From assembly GCA_030690305.1 (NCBI GenBank), contig JAUYHB010000027.1:79670-143669 (forward strand): a stretch of 64,000 nucleotides of DNA. Reading direction: 5' to 3'. Origin of the DNA: a bacterium (lineage in GTDB: Bacteria > Patescibacteriota > Minisyncoccia > Phycocordibacterales > JAGLPS01). The notes beneath the pieces were generated by a model. It saw only the letters and a list, made by a program, of their open reading frames with translations. It did no database searches and had not been told where the DNA came from. Shown piece by piece: positions 9,830 through 19,564 of this stretch; position 1 is the stretch's first letter; every line of letters begins with the position of its first letter. The translations under genes and the position numbers were made by a program.

Positions 9830-10873
9830 CTATCTATGCTCAAAATTATCGGCATCTCTGTTATTCCACAGCAACACAGTTAACGGCAAGTGATCAGAGG
9901 CATATGCGCCATATAACCAAATCCCTTTATTTTCCCTACCCTTAATCTTCTTAGGAATTTTAACTCCCTGTGGCGTTTGCAAATCCTCTTCCCACGCTCT
10001 ATGCACATGCGCCGAGTCTGGAACGATATCCTCATCGCTATAAATGTCCTGATACCACATCGTGTCATATTGGCTCTTGGATAGCCTGCCCCTCGCCTTA
10101 TCAAGTGTTGTCACGTCTTTCGATATTAAGACGTGCTTTATGTTGGGCAGACTTTTAAAAGAGTCCCACTCTTTCTTGTCTACGTTCGTATTGAAGTCGC
10201 CCATGAGGAAAACGTCATTTTGGCTCTCGTCTGAATCCTGTACCGTCTTGTATACGAAAACAAGTCTTCCTATTTCGTCTTTTCTCCATTGTGCGGCGGG
10301 CGAAGCGGCATGAATGGTAATAATGGTAAAGTCGAAATTGCCGTCTTTTGCTCTAAATGAGGCAATAAAAGGCTCTCTGTCAAACTGCCTTTCTTGATCG
10401 TTCAATCCGGACATTTTATTTTCAGATTCATTCCACACATGGGCCGAATCTTTAACAAGTTCAATTTTTGACTTTCTGTAAAGGAAAGCATAATACTCGA
10501 AGGTACTGAATGCCTTGCTTTTTTCAGCGTTTGCCGTTCCATTCGGCTCGGGACTGACAACATAGTCCCAATCTTCACCGAGATGAGCAACTATCTCCTG
10601 CAAGGCTTCTATACCCTTTCCGCCTAAAGGGTTATTTTTTGTGGCGCCGGTATTCATGACTTCTTGAATCGCAACGATGTCATAATTCTTGAGGATTATT
10701 GCTGCATTTTTCACTTGATACGGATTGTCTTTGCCGAGCTTCTCGATGTTAAAGGTGCCGATCCGGATTTGAGTAGTTGAGCTAAGGGAAACAGAAGGAT
10801 CAGAGTAGCAAACAGTATTTGGAGAAACAAAAAGGAGGGCAAGGAAAATGATCGTGCATATAAATTTACGCAT
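9830..10873 (-). CDS. Secreted endonuclease/exonuclease/phosphatase (DNase I-like)
   Basis: Signal peptide; GTFNI, VAIQEV, FDREPF, MGDFN, SDHLP motifs. Confidence 0.88.
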   Translation of the reverse strand: MRKFICTIIFLALLFVSPNTVCYSDPSVSLSSTTQIRIGTFNIEKLGKDNPYQVKNAAIILKNYDIVAIQEVMNTGATKNNPLGGKGIEALQEIVAHLGEDWDYVVSPEPNGTANAEKSKAFSTFEYYAFLYRKSKIELVKDSAHVWNESENKMSGLNDQERQFDREPFIASFRAKDGNFDFTIITIHAASPAAQWRKDEIGRLVFVYKTVQDSDESQNDVFLMGDFNTNVDKKEWDSFKSLPNIKHVLISKDVTTLDKARGRLSKSQYDTMWYQDIYSDEDIVPDSAHVHRAWEEDLQTPQGVKIPKKIKGRENKGIWLYGAYASDHLPLTVLLWNNRDADNFEHR

Positions 10874-10887
10874 ACGAACAAAATCTT

Positions 10888-11457
10888 TCAGACTCTATTA
10901 TCCAGCCAGACATCATTAACCACATTGAACAGTTCCTGATTGTCGTAATCCGCAGGCAACACATTCTCCGCGAGTTTATTAAACAGGTTGTATCCCTCTT
11001 TATAAAATCCGTTGGCAATCAGTTCCGAACAAATCAATCTCTTTCGGCTATTAAAAATGTTCCTCATATAAAGCAAAATTTTCCCCAGCCATGCGGCAAT
11101 GGGAAACCATAGGAGCTGGAGCTTGTCATAAGGGATATTATTCATGGTTGCCCACCACAACGTTACTTTAATCCTGTCATTGTCATCAATGTAGTTTTTT
11201 CTGACAACTCTTATTTCAATACCTTTATCCACGTAATCTTTCTGTAAATTGCAAACCCTTGACTGTGGGATTTGACCTTCAACCAAATCATACCCGCCCA
11301 TGCTTCCCGCAACATGAGTCCATTTGCTGCTTTCGCCGTAACCAAGCTTATGTTGAACCACAATGGTTGCTTTCGTGCCGCTCGCCACCAATATCACGTC
11401 GCCTATTTTGATTTTGTTGGGATCAATCTGTTTCTTGGAGATATTATCTTGCGACAT
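10888..11457 (-). CDS. Permuted papain-like NlpC/P60 amidase (YiiX/YebB-like)
   Basis: GDVILV, WTHVAG (His) before LICSELIA (Cys), and PYD; SD GAGGGG before ATG 11457. Confidence 0.75.
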   Translation of the reverse strand: MSQDNISKKQIDPNKIKIGDVILVASGTKATIVVQHKLGYGESSKWTHVAGSMGGYDLVEGQIPQSRVCNLQKDYVDKGIEIRVVRKNYIDDNDRIKVTLWWATMNNIPYDKLQLLWFPIAAWLGKILLYMRNIFNSRKRLICSELIANGFYKEGYNLFNKLAENVLPADYDNQELFNVVNDVWLDNRV

Positions 11458-11624
11458 AAGCCCTCTTTCCCACCCACAAAACAAAAAACCCTCGCCTCTA
11501 AGGACGAAGGTTTGAGTTATTTTAACGTGGCAGTTCCCCCTTCAAACGTACCGCACCCGCTTTTCATTAAGCATTTTTATACACCTAAACACTCCTGAAA
11601 TCAATGATTTTCAGAAAAGCATGT

Positions 11625-11795
11625 CTACTTCATCAGCTTAAGGATCGCTTCGATATCACGGATGGCGATTTCAACGCTTTTGTCCGAGACCTTTTTCCCT
11701 GCCATGAAGCTATTAAGGACAGTCAGAGGCATTGTAAGTTTATTTCTAATCTCTGCTTCCAGTTCCTGTTTTTTTGAAAATTTTGGTTTGGTCAT
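11625..11795 (-). CDS. 56-aa helical protein resembling a HisKA dimerisation hairpin without the His; absent from the ORF track
   Basis: MTKPKFSKKQELEAEIRNKLTMPLTVLNSFMAGKKVSDKSVEIAIRDIEAILKLMK; co-oriented, 49 nt after the upstream gene. Confidence 0.5.
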   Translation of the reverse strand: MTKPKFSKKQELEAEIRNKLTMPLTVLNSFMAGKKVSDKSVEIAIRDIEAILKLMK

Positions 11796-11844
11796 ATTTT
11801 TTCTACGGTCATCCTACAATAAATTCCATGAAAAGACGACAACT

Positions 11845-14298
11845 TTATGTCAATCTTATTTTAAGGCCTACAACACAAAATCCCAGCATCCCTAAGACGA
11901 ACAGGACAGCTGTTGACGGTTCTGGAACAACTGAAGAGTCAATGGTTTCCTCAAATCGGTAAAGATTGATATTCCCAATTTGAGCTCGGTGCCCTTTTTC
12001 ATCGCTATCATAAAGAAAGGTCAACCACTGATTGGTTCCGGCATATTGAGAGACGTTGATCGGCGGTGATGAAAGAAACTCATTCGAATTTCTAGGGAAT
12101 GAACCACCATCAAAACCAAACAACGGATCAAGTCCGACAAAAAACCAGAGTTCGTCTTCCGGCAAGGGGTTCTCGAGCAAAAAAGCAAATGACAATGATT
12201 GACTATCTATAGGGAATGAATATTCTCTGAATAGAAATACTGGTGAGGCTGTTGCCATATGGTAATAACCATCTAGAAAATACACGTCTCCTTTTTTGAG
12301 CCAGAAATCAAACGCTCCTATGTCCACCTTCGCTGTATGCCCGGATGTCGGTCTTGTAGAAGCATCCCAAGGTAAAAGTGTATATACTGACAACGGATCT
12401 TGAAGATCATCTTCTTTAACTAAAAATGGATCATTCTGTCCCAATTCCCGACGAACAGTATCTATACTTTGTCCCTGAATACGCGGAGCAGGATTAAGCA
12501 CCTTTGACCATGCGGCTCCTACATCTGAAATTGGCATTCCATTGGATTTACTGAGTGTCCCCATCTCAATCTTATTAAAGGGATTGTGTAAATCATCATC
12601 CACTCCAAAATACCAATTAAAAGGATAACCATGATTAAACACATCTCCCAAATGAGATGTGGGAGGAAAACCTTTAGTATCTATATTAACAATGTCTCCA
12701 CCGCTTTCTACGTCTACATCCAAGAAATAATTTTTTCCAAAAGATGTTGGGTAGTTATCTATCCAAATTCCTTTTCCCAAAGCGTTCTTTTCTATCCAAC
12801 CGTCTAATTTAAGTTCAGTTAAAGAATAGGGTTGCCCTCCATCCGGCGCATCAAAGAGAGTAATCTGATCAACGTCATATCCATAACCATCAAGCAAATA
12901 TCCTCCAAAAGAAACTACACCGCCTCCATTGCTATGCCCAATCAAGTGTATCGGCGGCTGACCATTAATTTTTCCTAAAACTGTACCACTTTCTGCAAAA
13001 GTAGTCTCCAGCGCTCTCGCCATGAGCCTTCCCTCTTTCCACACTAAATTTCCCGGCCATGGTTTTTCTGTTATTGGATCTTGTCCTTGCGGAAAGGGTT
13101 GGCTTGGAGGTCCATAAGTCGTTGATGCAACGTCCATCCAATTCCAAGCCAAGACGTTAATATCTTTTCGATAATTTAGCGTCCCCGTAATAGGATTCTC
13201 AACTGTGTCCCGTATCCAAGAGGGTAAGGAAGAGTTAATTAACGCGCCCGTCCCATCTTTTTTCACATTGTTTGGTTCCCACCCATGAACAAGGACAACC
13301 GTTGGCTTTGATGAGTCAAATCCGGCTGTTCCGGGTAAAAGAACCTTCTTTCCGCCTTGCTCCTGCATTGACCATAACCCATGAAGAGGAGGAGGTTCAA
13401 TTTCAGTAGGCCTATTGTTTTTGGAAACAATCGGCTCGCCGTTTTGTGGATCTACGGAACCCGTCGGATGTTCTTGCGGTGGCGGTTCCTCATCATCTGG
13501 CGGCGGCGGTTCCGTATCGCCTCCCCCGTCATCTGGAGGTGGCGAAGGAAGAGACACTATGGAGGCAGCGCCCCATGCGTTCCCCAGTCCGGAGCCATTG
13601 TAATCAAACATTGACGTCCCGAGCCCTGTGGTGGTATCAATCGAAAAAATACTCGTTCCTGCTGCCCCGTAGAGAATCCCATTATCAGGTGATGCCAAGC
13701 CGAAAACATTGTTGAACCCTGTCGGGCCAATGACTGTGCCAGCACCCGTGGATACATCAATCTCCCTCAAGAAACTTGCAAGTGAAAAGGGATTTGAACC
13801 CAAGGAGGCACTGTACAACTTTCCATTGTGAAATGCCAAATCTCCTGACATGGGAGACCCCGTATCGCCGATCAGGGTGCTGCTCGCCGTTAGTGGATCA
13901 ATCGTGTACAGACCTTTACTAGATCCCCCTGCATACAAGGTGCCGTCGTTTCCAAAGACAAGGGAATTTGCGCCCAGAATGCTATGGAACCCTAAAGGGG
14001 TGGCCGCCGCAGTTGTTGGGTCAACCCGCCATAGCTTATCGAAAGTAAGACCATAAAGATTTGCTGATGGATCAAAGGCAATATCCGTCAACTGAAAACC
14101 AGTGTTTCCAATCAGGTCAACCGTTCCATCCTCCACATCTACCTTCGCGAGATTCCCAAGTTCATCATCAAGATAGAGGAAGGTCGCAGCGTCTGCTCGA
14201 AGTTGCCCAACAAAAGGAAAATTACATACGAGAAAAAAGAATGTTAACCCTACTACAGAGAATGTAACAAAGCCCCTCCTGAATATACCCATTTCCAA
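11845..14298 (-). CDS. PEP-CTERM surface protein: beta-propeller-like repeats + Pro/Asp linker + alpha/beta hydrolase
   Basis: Signal peptide; repeated D(I/L)AF...LY blades; VVLVHGW and LIGHSNGG nucleophile elbow; C-terminal VPEPST + TM + basic tail. Confidence 0.8.
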   Translation of the reverse strand: MEMGIFRRGFVTFSVVGLTFFFLVCNFPFVGQLRADAATFLYLDDELGNLAKVDVEDGTVDLIGNTGFQLTDIAFDPSANLYGLTFDKLWRVDPTTAAATPLGFHSILGANSLVFGNDGTLYAGGSSKGLYTIDPLTASSTLIGDTGSPMSGDLAFHNGKLYSASLGSNPFSLASFLREIDVSTGAGTVIGPTGFNNVFGLASPDNGILYGAAGTSIFSIDTTTGLGTSMFDYNGSGLGNAWGAASIVSLPSPPPDDGGGDTEPPPPDDEEPPPQEHPTGSVDPQNGEPIVSKNNRPTEIEPPPLHGLWSMQEQGGKKVLLPGTAGFDSSKPTVVLVHGWEPNNVKKDGTGALINSSLPSWIRDTVENPITGTLNYRKDINVLAWNWMDVASTTYGPPSQPFPQGQDPITEKPWPGNLVWKEGRLMARALETTFAESGTVLGKINGQPPIHLIGHSNGGGVVSFGGYLLDGYGYDVDQITLFDAPDGGQPYSLTELKLDGWIEKNALGKGIWIDNYPTSFGKNYFLDVDVESGGDIVNIDTKGFPPTSHLGDVFNHGYPFNWYFGVDDDLHNPFNKIEMGTLSKSNGMPISDVGAAWSKVLNPAPRIQGQSIDTVRRELGQNDPFLVKEDDLQDPLSVYTLLPWDASTRPTSGHTAKVDIGAFDFWLKKGDVYFLDGYYHMATASPVFLFREYSFPIDSQSLSFAFLLENPLPEDELWFFVGLDPLFGFDGGSFPRNSNEFLSSPPINVSQYAGTNQWLTFLYDSDEKGHRAQIGNINLYRFEETIDSSVVPEPSTAVLFVLGMLGFCVVGLKIRLT

Positions 14299-14331
14299 CC
14301 GCCTTTCCTTTGTTTACCACGTTCGTTTTCT

Positions 14332-15075
14332 TTAAAACATCCCTCCCACTTGGACTGCCAATCTGTCCGCTATGGCCGCGCAGGCTTTCGCTCTGTCGAT
14401 GTTCGTCTGCTTTGCCGTGACCACGATGCGCGTCCTATATTCCTGATGTCCTGAATCAACTTGCCTCTCCGACGTAAAGCTGGTCGCGGAGCCGTAGGTG
14501 GTATTGGTCTTCATCATGCCTTTGACTCCCCCCTCGACTCTTTCTTTGATTTGAATGTCTACCGCGCCCAAATAGGTATCGACATGGATCATCGACCCCA
14601 CGACTCCGCCGATGACAGACCCCACAAGGGTGCCTGCCACTCCTCCGGCAACGGGGCCTCTCCAGCCGCCTCTGACATTGGAACCCGCCAACCCGCCGCC
14701 AAAGCCTCCGACAAGCATGCCCTCGGCGGTCAAGTCCTGCTTTTGCGCGCCCATATAAAGGAGATTGGCCTGAAGGATATGACCTGCTTTGCTCACATCG
14801 TTAGTTACGACATACCCTCGGGAGGAAATTTTGCTTTTTAACAGCTCCGCGAAGTCTATCTCCTGAAAATCCGAGGTATTGGTGACCCGGACAAAAATGC
14901 TGTTGTTCTTGGCGAGACTTTCGGGATCGATGAATATCGTCTCCGACATTTGTGCGGAGAGGGTCATCTGCCGGTTGCTTATCGCTTCTATGGTCCCGGC
15001 GCATCCGGAAAAAGTAACTGCTACAGAGACCAATAAAAAACATACGACTGCGAATCTCGGAATTTTGTAATACAT
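14332..15075 (-). CDS. traT: TraT-family complement resistance / surface exclusion lipoprotein
   Basis: Lipobox FSGC; MSETIFIDP; ILQANLLYMG; glycine zipper; DIQIKER; YRTRIVVTAKQTN. Confidence 0.8.
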   Translation of the reverse strand: MYYKIPRFAVVCFLLVSVAVTFSGCAGTIEAISNRQMTLSAQMSETIFIDPESLAKNNSIFVRVTNTSDFQEIDFAELLKSKISSRGYVVTNDVSKAGHILQANLLYMGAQKQDLTAEGMLVGGFGGGLAGSNVRGGWRGPVAGGVAGTLVGSVIGGVVGSMIHVDTYLGAVDIQIKERVEGGVKGMMKTNTTYGSATSFTSERQVDSGHQEYRTRIVVTAKQTNIDRAKACAAIADRLAVQVGGMF

Positions 15076-15091
15076 TTCGCCTCCTTCGTTG

Positions 15092-15496
15092 TCACTTACC
15101 CTGTTCGGTAATATTATAATCTTGAACGATATCCCCTTGGAACGTGATAAACATCATTTGTAATGATTGGTTTGCATGATATATTCCCACCAGCGCGAAT
15201 ACATCAGAAAGGTGCGGGCGCATTTCCATATATTGATACATCCAAGTTTCGCCGACCGAGGATTGGCTTTTGGAATAAGGCTTACCGAACATGGTTAAAA
15301 TCTCATTTTTAGTGGTTACGCCTTTCTGGATCGCTGCGGCCCGGCTGATATCAAAATTCTTTCCTGCTGTTACGCAACCCCCGACAGATAAAACCATGAC
15401 CGACAGGAACGCTATAATCAAGGTTGATAGGACGGGATTAAGTGAATAACGAGCGTTATTAACAGGCACTACCTTCTTCATAGCAAAGATCACCAT
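15092..15496 (-). CDS. BamE/SmpA-like lipoprotein
   Basis: Lipobox VGGC; IQKGVTTKNEILTMFGKP...ETWMYQY; SD AGGAG before ATG 15496. Confidence 0.7.
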   Translation of the reverse strand: MVIFAMKKVVPVNNARYSLNPVLSTLIIAFLSVMVLSVGGCVTAGKNFDISRAAAIQKGVTTKNEILTMFGKPYSKSQSSVGETWMYQYMEMRPHLSDVFALVGIYHANQSLQMMFITFQGDIVQDYNITEQGK

Positions 15497-15555
15497 AATC
15501 AATCTCCTTGTCGGCTTTACTGCTAAGCATCGAAAGCGACTGCCGTTTTGTCGCC

Positions 15556-16434
15556 TCAAGAGAGTTTCACTCGTTGTTCTTCGAGCCAGCCCTCCACGCA
15601 TTCGATCTTTTCGCGGATTCCTTGGATGTTCTCTTCCTCTTCATCAATCCATCCCTCAACCCGCTCACGAAATTCGTCATTCCAAGCTGTGTCGCGTTTC
15701 TCACGAAGTTCTTCCAAGTGAGTCTCTCTGTTCGCCAAAATTTCCAGAAGCCGTTCGAGCCGTTGTCGGAGATTCCCGATATTGTTTTCCGCGCGTTCTT
15801 TCCATGCCGCTCGCTTCGCTTCCCGTTCTTCCCGGATTTGGCAGCGGGCCTCATACGCTTCTTGCTGAGTTTCTTTCCAACGGGCCCATTGATTATCAAG
15901 AATCTCTTTTGCCTTGGAGAGCGCTTCAAATGCTTCCTGCTTGTGGTGTCCGAGCATTTCACTTTTGTACCGGGACAGCAGTCCCCATCCTTCGCGCAAC
16001 ACCTCCGAGCACGCATTGAGCATCTCCCTGTGTTCGTCCACAGGTGACCCGGGAAGCAACCGAGAAAACGCGGCACTGAACATATTAATCGGAGCGAGGA
16101 AGGCTCCCGCCAATCCTTCTTCAAAACCGCTTGGAGGTATGGCGGAATGCGCCCGAGCGATGATCTCGTCTCTATATCTTTCCGATATACCTCTCATGGA
16201 TTCCCGGAGCTGGTTTTCCTGAGATTGGATCTCTTTGACGCGGTCGATAAGGGATTGAAAACGGGTCCACGCCGCTTCTCTTTCCTCTCGACTCGGGTAA
16301 CGGCTTCCCTTGAACCCGGCTGCGATCGCGCGAATTTGTTCCCATACAGGTTTCCATTTCGTCCGAAGCGGAGCGGCATCCTCGACCGTAGTTTCCAGTT
16401 CATCAATCAACCCATCAAGCTCGCGACTGTCCAT
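15556..16434 (-). CDS. Coiled-coil hypothetical protein (DUF349-like repeats)
   Basis: REEREAAWTRFQSLID helical repeats and a long charged coiled coil. Confidence 0.55.
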   Translation of the reverse strand: MDSRELDGLIDELETTVEDAAPLRTKWKPVWEQIRAIAAGFKGSRYPSREEREAAWTRFQSLIDRVKEIQSQENQLRESMRGISERYRDEIIARAHSAIPPSGFEEGLAGAFLAPINMFSAAFSRLLPGSPVDEHREMLNACSEVLREGWGLLSRYKSEMLGHHKQEAFEALSKAKEILDNQWARWKETQQEAYEARCQIREEREAKRAAWKERAENNIGNLRQRLERLLEILANRETHLEELREKRDTAWNDEFRERVEGWIDEEEENIQGIREKIECVEGWLEEQRVKLS

Positions 16435-16490
16435 TCTTCCCCAAAAAAGTGGTTCGGTTAACACCTAGGCCTAACCGGTAATTTCTAAAA

Positions 16491-16519
16491 ATAATACCAC
16501 TGACAGCCATAGCTGTCAA
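16491..16519 (-). promoter_or_regulatory. Sigma70 promoter overlapped by a palindromic operator
   Basis: Minus TTGACA-17nt-TATTAT; TGACAGC-cata-GCTGTCA at 16501-16518, next to a divergent XRE gene. Confidence 0.7.
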
Positions 16520-16540
16520 ATGATTTGGCATAATGACCCT

Positions 16541-16765
16541 ATGCCGAAGGATATACGAGTCAGGTTCGCCAAGCACCTCAAACAACTGCGGGAGCGAAGA
16601 AAGTATACGATCTCTCAATTGGCTAAACGGTCGGGGGTAAGCAGGCAGCACATTCGAGATCTTGAGCTCGATGTGCCTCAGAAAAGGGTGACGATCGTTA
16701 CTCTTGAAAAACTCGCTAAGGGGCTGGGCGTTCCGATGTGGGAATTGCTTCGTTTGCGGGATTAA
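16541..16765 (+). CDS. XRE-family HTH regulator
   Basis: FAKHLKQLRERRKYTISQLAKRSGVSRQHIRDLE...TLEKLAKGLGV. Confidence 0.85.
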   Translation: MPKDIRVRFAKHLKQLRERRKYTISQLAKRSGVSRQHIRDLELDVPQKRVTIVTLEKLAKGLGVPMWELLRLRD

Positions 16766-16802
16766 TACCAGATTTAAAAAATTACTGCATCGAGGCCTAA
16801 AA

Positions 16803-17864
16803 CTATGTCTTCGGTTTTAAAGATGCCTCCACTAAAGTCAGAAATTTTTGCGCCCTTTTTGCGACAAATTCTTTATCAGTTATCGGTACTAGATAGTGTT
16901 CATTATTCGGCCCAAGAGAAAATAATACAAACTCAATACGCGTATGATTTGAGTCTGGAGACTCCAAATAAATGAAAAACTTGTCGTGAGTTGGAAACCC
17001 CAACATTCCATGGCGTGAAAGGTCCGTCGTCAATGTACCTGCCGTTTGGTCGCTTGCAATGACTTTATCGCCCCGAGATTTCAATGTACGTTCTACAGCC
17101 TGCCAAACCGTTTCATAGCTGCCCTCAAACACATGAGTATGAGAATCAAAGAATCGTGCTTCGGTATAAGGTTCAATCATAGCCACCAATTTTCTCGGAA
17201 GTCTGTATCGATTGGTTCCCCCTTCTCCACCATCGGCGGCTAATCTTTCTTTACCTCGTTTTTCAAATTGTTCCAGATTCTCGATTGAAACCTGCACTGC
17301 CCCATCCATGGGAGTATTCCGGGTGAGTTGAACTGACCAAACCCCGTTGCGTTTTACAGCTTCTCCTTTTAGGAGCTCACCGCCCTCTTTCCAGAGCGAC
17401 CACTCCTTCGACTCTTTGGGATAAAAAGCGCGTGTGCGGTAAGCTGAACAAGTGACATTAAAGGTGGCGTGATCTTCAATCCCGTTAAGACGATCCGCCT
17501 CAGACATTTCTACGAGAGATATGCCGATATTAAAATTCCGTATCTCCCAGAAATCGGCTTGTTCTCCAAACTTCGCAGGAATAGAACTTATAAACTGCAT
17601 ATTCCCGTCTTGACGCTTACTATGTGTCTCAAAATGTCTGAGCACAGCCCTTTCAGCGCCACTTTTGGCATCGAACGGATTAAATGCCTTAAATTCGGCC
17701 CAAGATTGTGGAAAATTATTGGAATCACAACCAATAAGATTGATTACAAAAAATCCCACAATCAAAATCCGAGACCAAGCTTGAACGGATTTGATTATTC
17801 CATTTGCCAATGTCACGCCCTCTCTCTTTACATCGCATATTGCCTCGAACTCTCCGATAAGCAC
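16803..17864 (-). CDS. Hypothetical two-domain lipoprotein (start uncertain)
   Basis: Hydrophobic stretch ending in LIGC; C-terminal domain FEGSYETVWQAV...DQTAGTLTT. Confidence 0.55.
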   Translation of the reverse strand: MLIGEFEAICDVKREGVTLANGIIKSVQAWSRILIVGFFVINLIGCDSNNFPQSWAEFKAFNPFDAKSGAERAVLRHFETHSKRQDGNMQFISSIPAKFGEQADFWEIRNFNIGISLVEMSEADRLNGIEDHATFNVTCSAYRTRAFYPKESKEWSLWKEGGELLKGEAVKRNGVWSVQLTRNTPMDGAVQVSIENLEQFEKRGKERLAADGGEGGTNRYRLPRKLVAMIEPYTEARFFDSHTHVFEGSYETVWQAVERTLKSRGDKVIASDQTAGTLTTDLSRHGMLGFPTHDKFFIYLESPDSNHTRIEFVLFSLGPNNEHYLVPITDKEFVAKRAQKFLTLVEASLKPKT

Positions 17865-17893
17865 GGGGAGTCAACAAGAATGTTTGAAGGCAG

Positions 17894-18898
17894 TTAAATT
17901 AAATCAACCTCTTTAAAATTAACCTTCTCTTCTTCAATCTGATAAGTTAACAAGGCGATATCCAATTGATTCAAAATTCCCTTAATCCCTTTAATACCTT
18001 TTTCATCAGGGAGAACTAATATCTTCCGGGCTTTCTGATGCCCTGCAGCATGGAAAACCAGCTGACCTATGGCCGTATATATGCTTTGTCTGTCCAAGGA
18101 TGATTTTATTTCGTATATGCTTAATATTTGACCATCGGATAGGACTCCCAAATCAATATAACGATTATTGAATATTTCACACTTAGAAGATTGATGTTTC
18201 GTTCGAACATATTTTTCAAGCTCGTTCACGACGAAACCATGGTATGACTCATATTCAATATTACGATGAAGATTCGCTTTTCTTCTGCCAAACGATTCAG
18301 GCGAAAATCCTAATAAAATTTTCTTATCAATGCCTCTAAGGTGATCATTGTTCTTAACGGCCGCCTTAAAATTAGCGACCTCTTGGACAAAATTGTACAA
18401 ACTCCTAAGAAAATATTTCGAATTAAAAGAGGCGATCAATATGGCCTCCTCGATTTTACCCTGATTATCAATGATGTCGCACCGTTCTCCTCTATACCAA
18501 TCTATAAATGCATTTTTCCCTATTCCGGGACTTCCCCCTCCTATCTTTCCTCTGCTTAAAACATAACAATTCCCAGTCTCATCCTTGGCAAAAATCCCCG
18601 ACAATCTTTTTTCTACACCTTGCAATGGAATGTTGATTTCTACGGCGATAGTTTGCATTCCTTTTCTGCTCACTCCCAATCCGAATCCATTCCAATATCT
18701 TGGGATAGCGACATCTTTTTTCATTAAGATTTTCGTGGCAAACCAAAGTCTATCGTCATAATAAACCGTTTCTTGAAAATTCCCACCTGGATGTCCGATT
18801 ACCAATCTCTCGACGTTATTCAATTTGGTCTTGAGTATTTTCAACATTTCCTGCTGGCAATTCGCCAACTCGTTTCTATCAGAAATAACCTTTAACAT
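17894..18898 (-). CDS. Hypothetical protein with C-terminal PD-(D/E)xK nuclease-like domain
   Basis: YIDLGV...IYEIKSS...YTAIGQLVFH. Confidence 0.65.
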   Translation of the reverse strand: MLKVISDRNELANCQQEMLKILKTKLNNVERLVIGHPGGNFQETVYYDDRLWFATKILMKKDVAIPRYWNGFGLGVSRKGMQTIAVEINIPLQGVEKRLSGIFAKDETGNCYVLSRGKIGGGSPGIGKNAFIDWYRGERCDIIDNQGKIEEAILIASFNSKYFLRSLYNFVQEVANFKAAVKNNDHLRGIDKKILLGFSPESFGRRKANLHRNIEYESYHGFVVNELEKYVRTKHQSSKCEIFNNRYIDLGVLSDGQILSIYEIKSSLDRQSIYTAIGQLVFHAAGHQKARKILVLPDEKGIKGIKGILNQLDIALLTYQIEEEKVNFKEVDLI

Positions 18899-18955
18899 AT
18901 CGCATCCAGTCGTATGTCCGTCGATTCTTCTTTATTTGAATTTTATAACTCTAAT

Positions 18956-19546
18956 TCACTCTTTTAGAAAAAATATTAGTAAAAATGCAAAGACAAACAA
19001 AACAATTGCAGGTGGCAGTATTTGAAAAATGTTGTATATCAAAAATTCGGATTTGCTTATTTCAGGGTTTATCGTGATTACTTTAAAAGAAAATGTGATA
19101 AATGAAATTAAAGCAAGAAATAAACTAAAAAGAGCTATTATATTTGCTGCATGCTTGCGCATGTATTTATTGGCTGCTTTATCAATCTTTGAATCTAAAA
19201 CCTTGCTATATTTCAGTAGCTCCTCTGCCAAAACATTTGTATCTTCAGCCCTAGCTAAATCCCGATCCATTAAGCGCGGCACTTTAACCCCGTTAATCTC
19301 TATATTAGAATTTATCGGACTATCGGCATATGATTTAAGAGCGTATGTTGTAACAATAATATCTGTCTCTTCTATGCGATGCACAGTTTCAACTATTTTT
19401 TTCTCGCCAACCAACTGCTTAAGGTATTGTTTCACTTCATCCGCACTATGAATTGACAGATCGCGGAGAATTATCCCTTCTCGAACCCAGTTGGGACCTC
19501 GTTCTGATAGACATTTAATAATATCATTTCGTATTTCTCTGCCCAA
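18956..19546 (-). CDS. Hypothetical protein, winged-helix-like N-terminus and two C-terminal TM helices
   Basis: TTG start with SD AGGGG, 18 nt after the STAND gene; two hydrophobic segments. Confidence 0.6.
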   Translation of the reverse strand: MGREIRNDIIKCLSERGPNWVREGIILRDLSIHSADEVKQYLKQLVGEKKIVETVHRIEETDIIVTTYALKSYADSPINSNIEINGVKVPRLMDRDLARAEDTNVLAEELLKYSKVLDSKIDKAANKYMRKHAANIIALFSLFLALISFITFSFKVITINPEISKSEFLIYNIFQILPPAIVLFVFAFLLIFFLKE

Positions 19547-19564
19547 AATTTCCCCTTAACTTTA

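Noticed and set aside
13480-13545. GGC/GGT-rich repeats
   Set aside because: They encode the Pro/Asp/Gly linker of the PEP-CTERM protein and are not a DNA repeat element.
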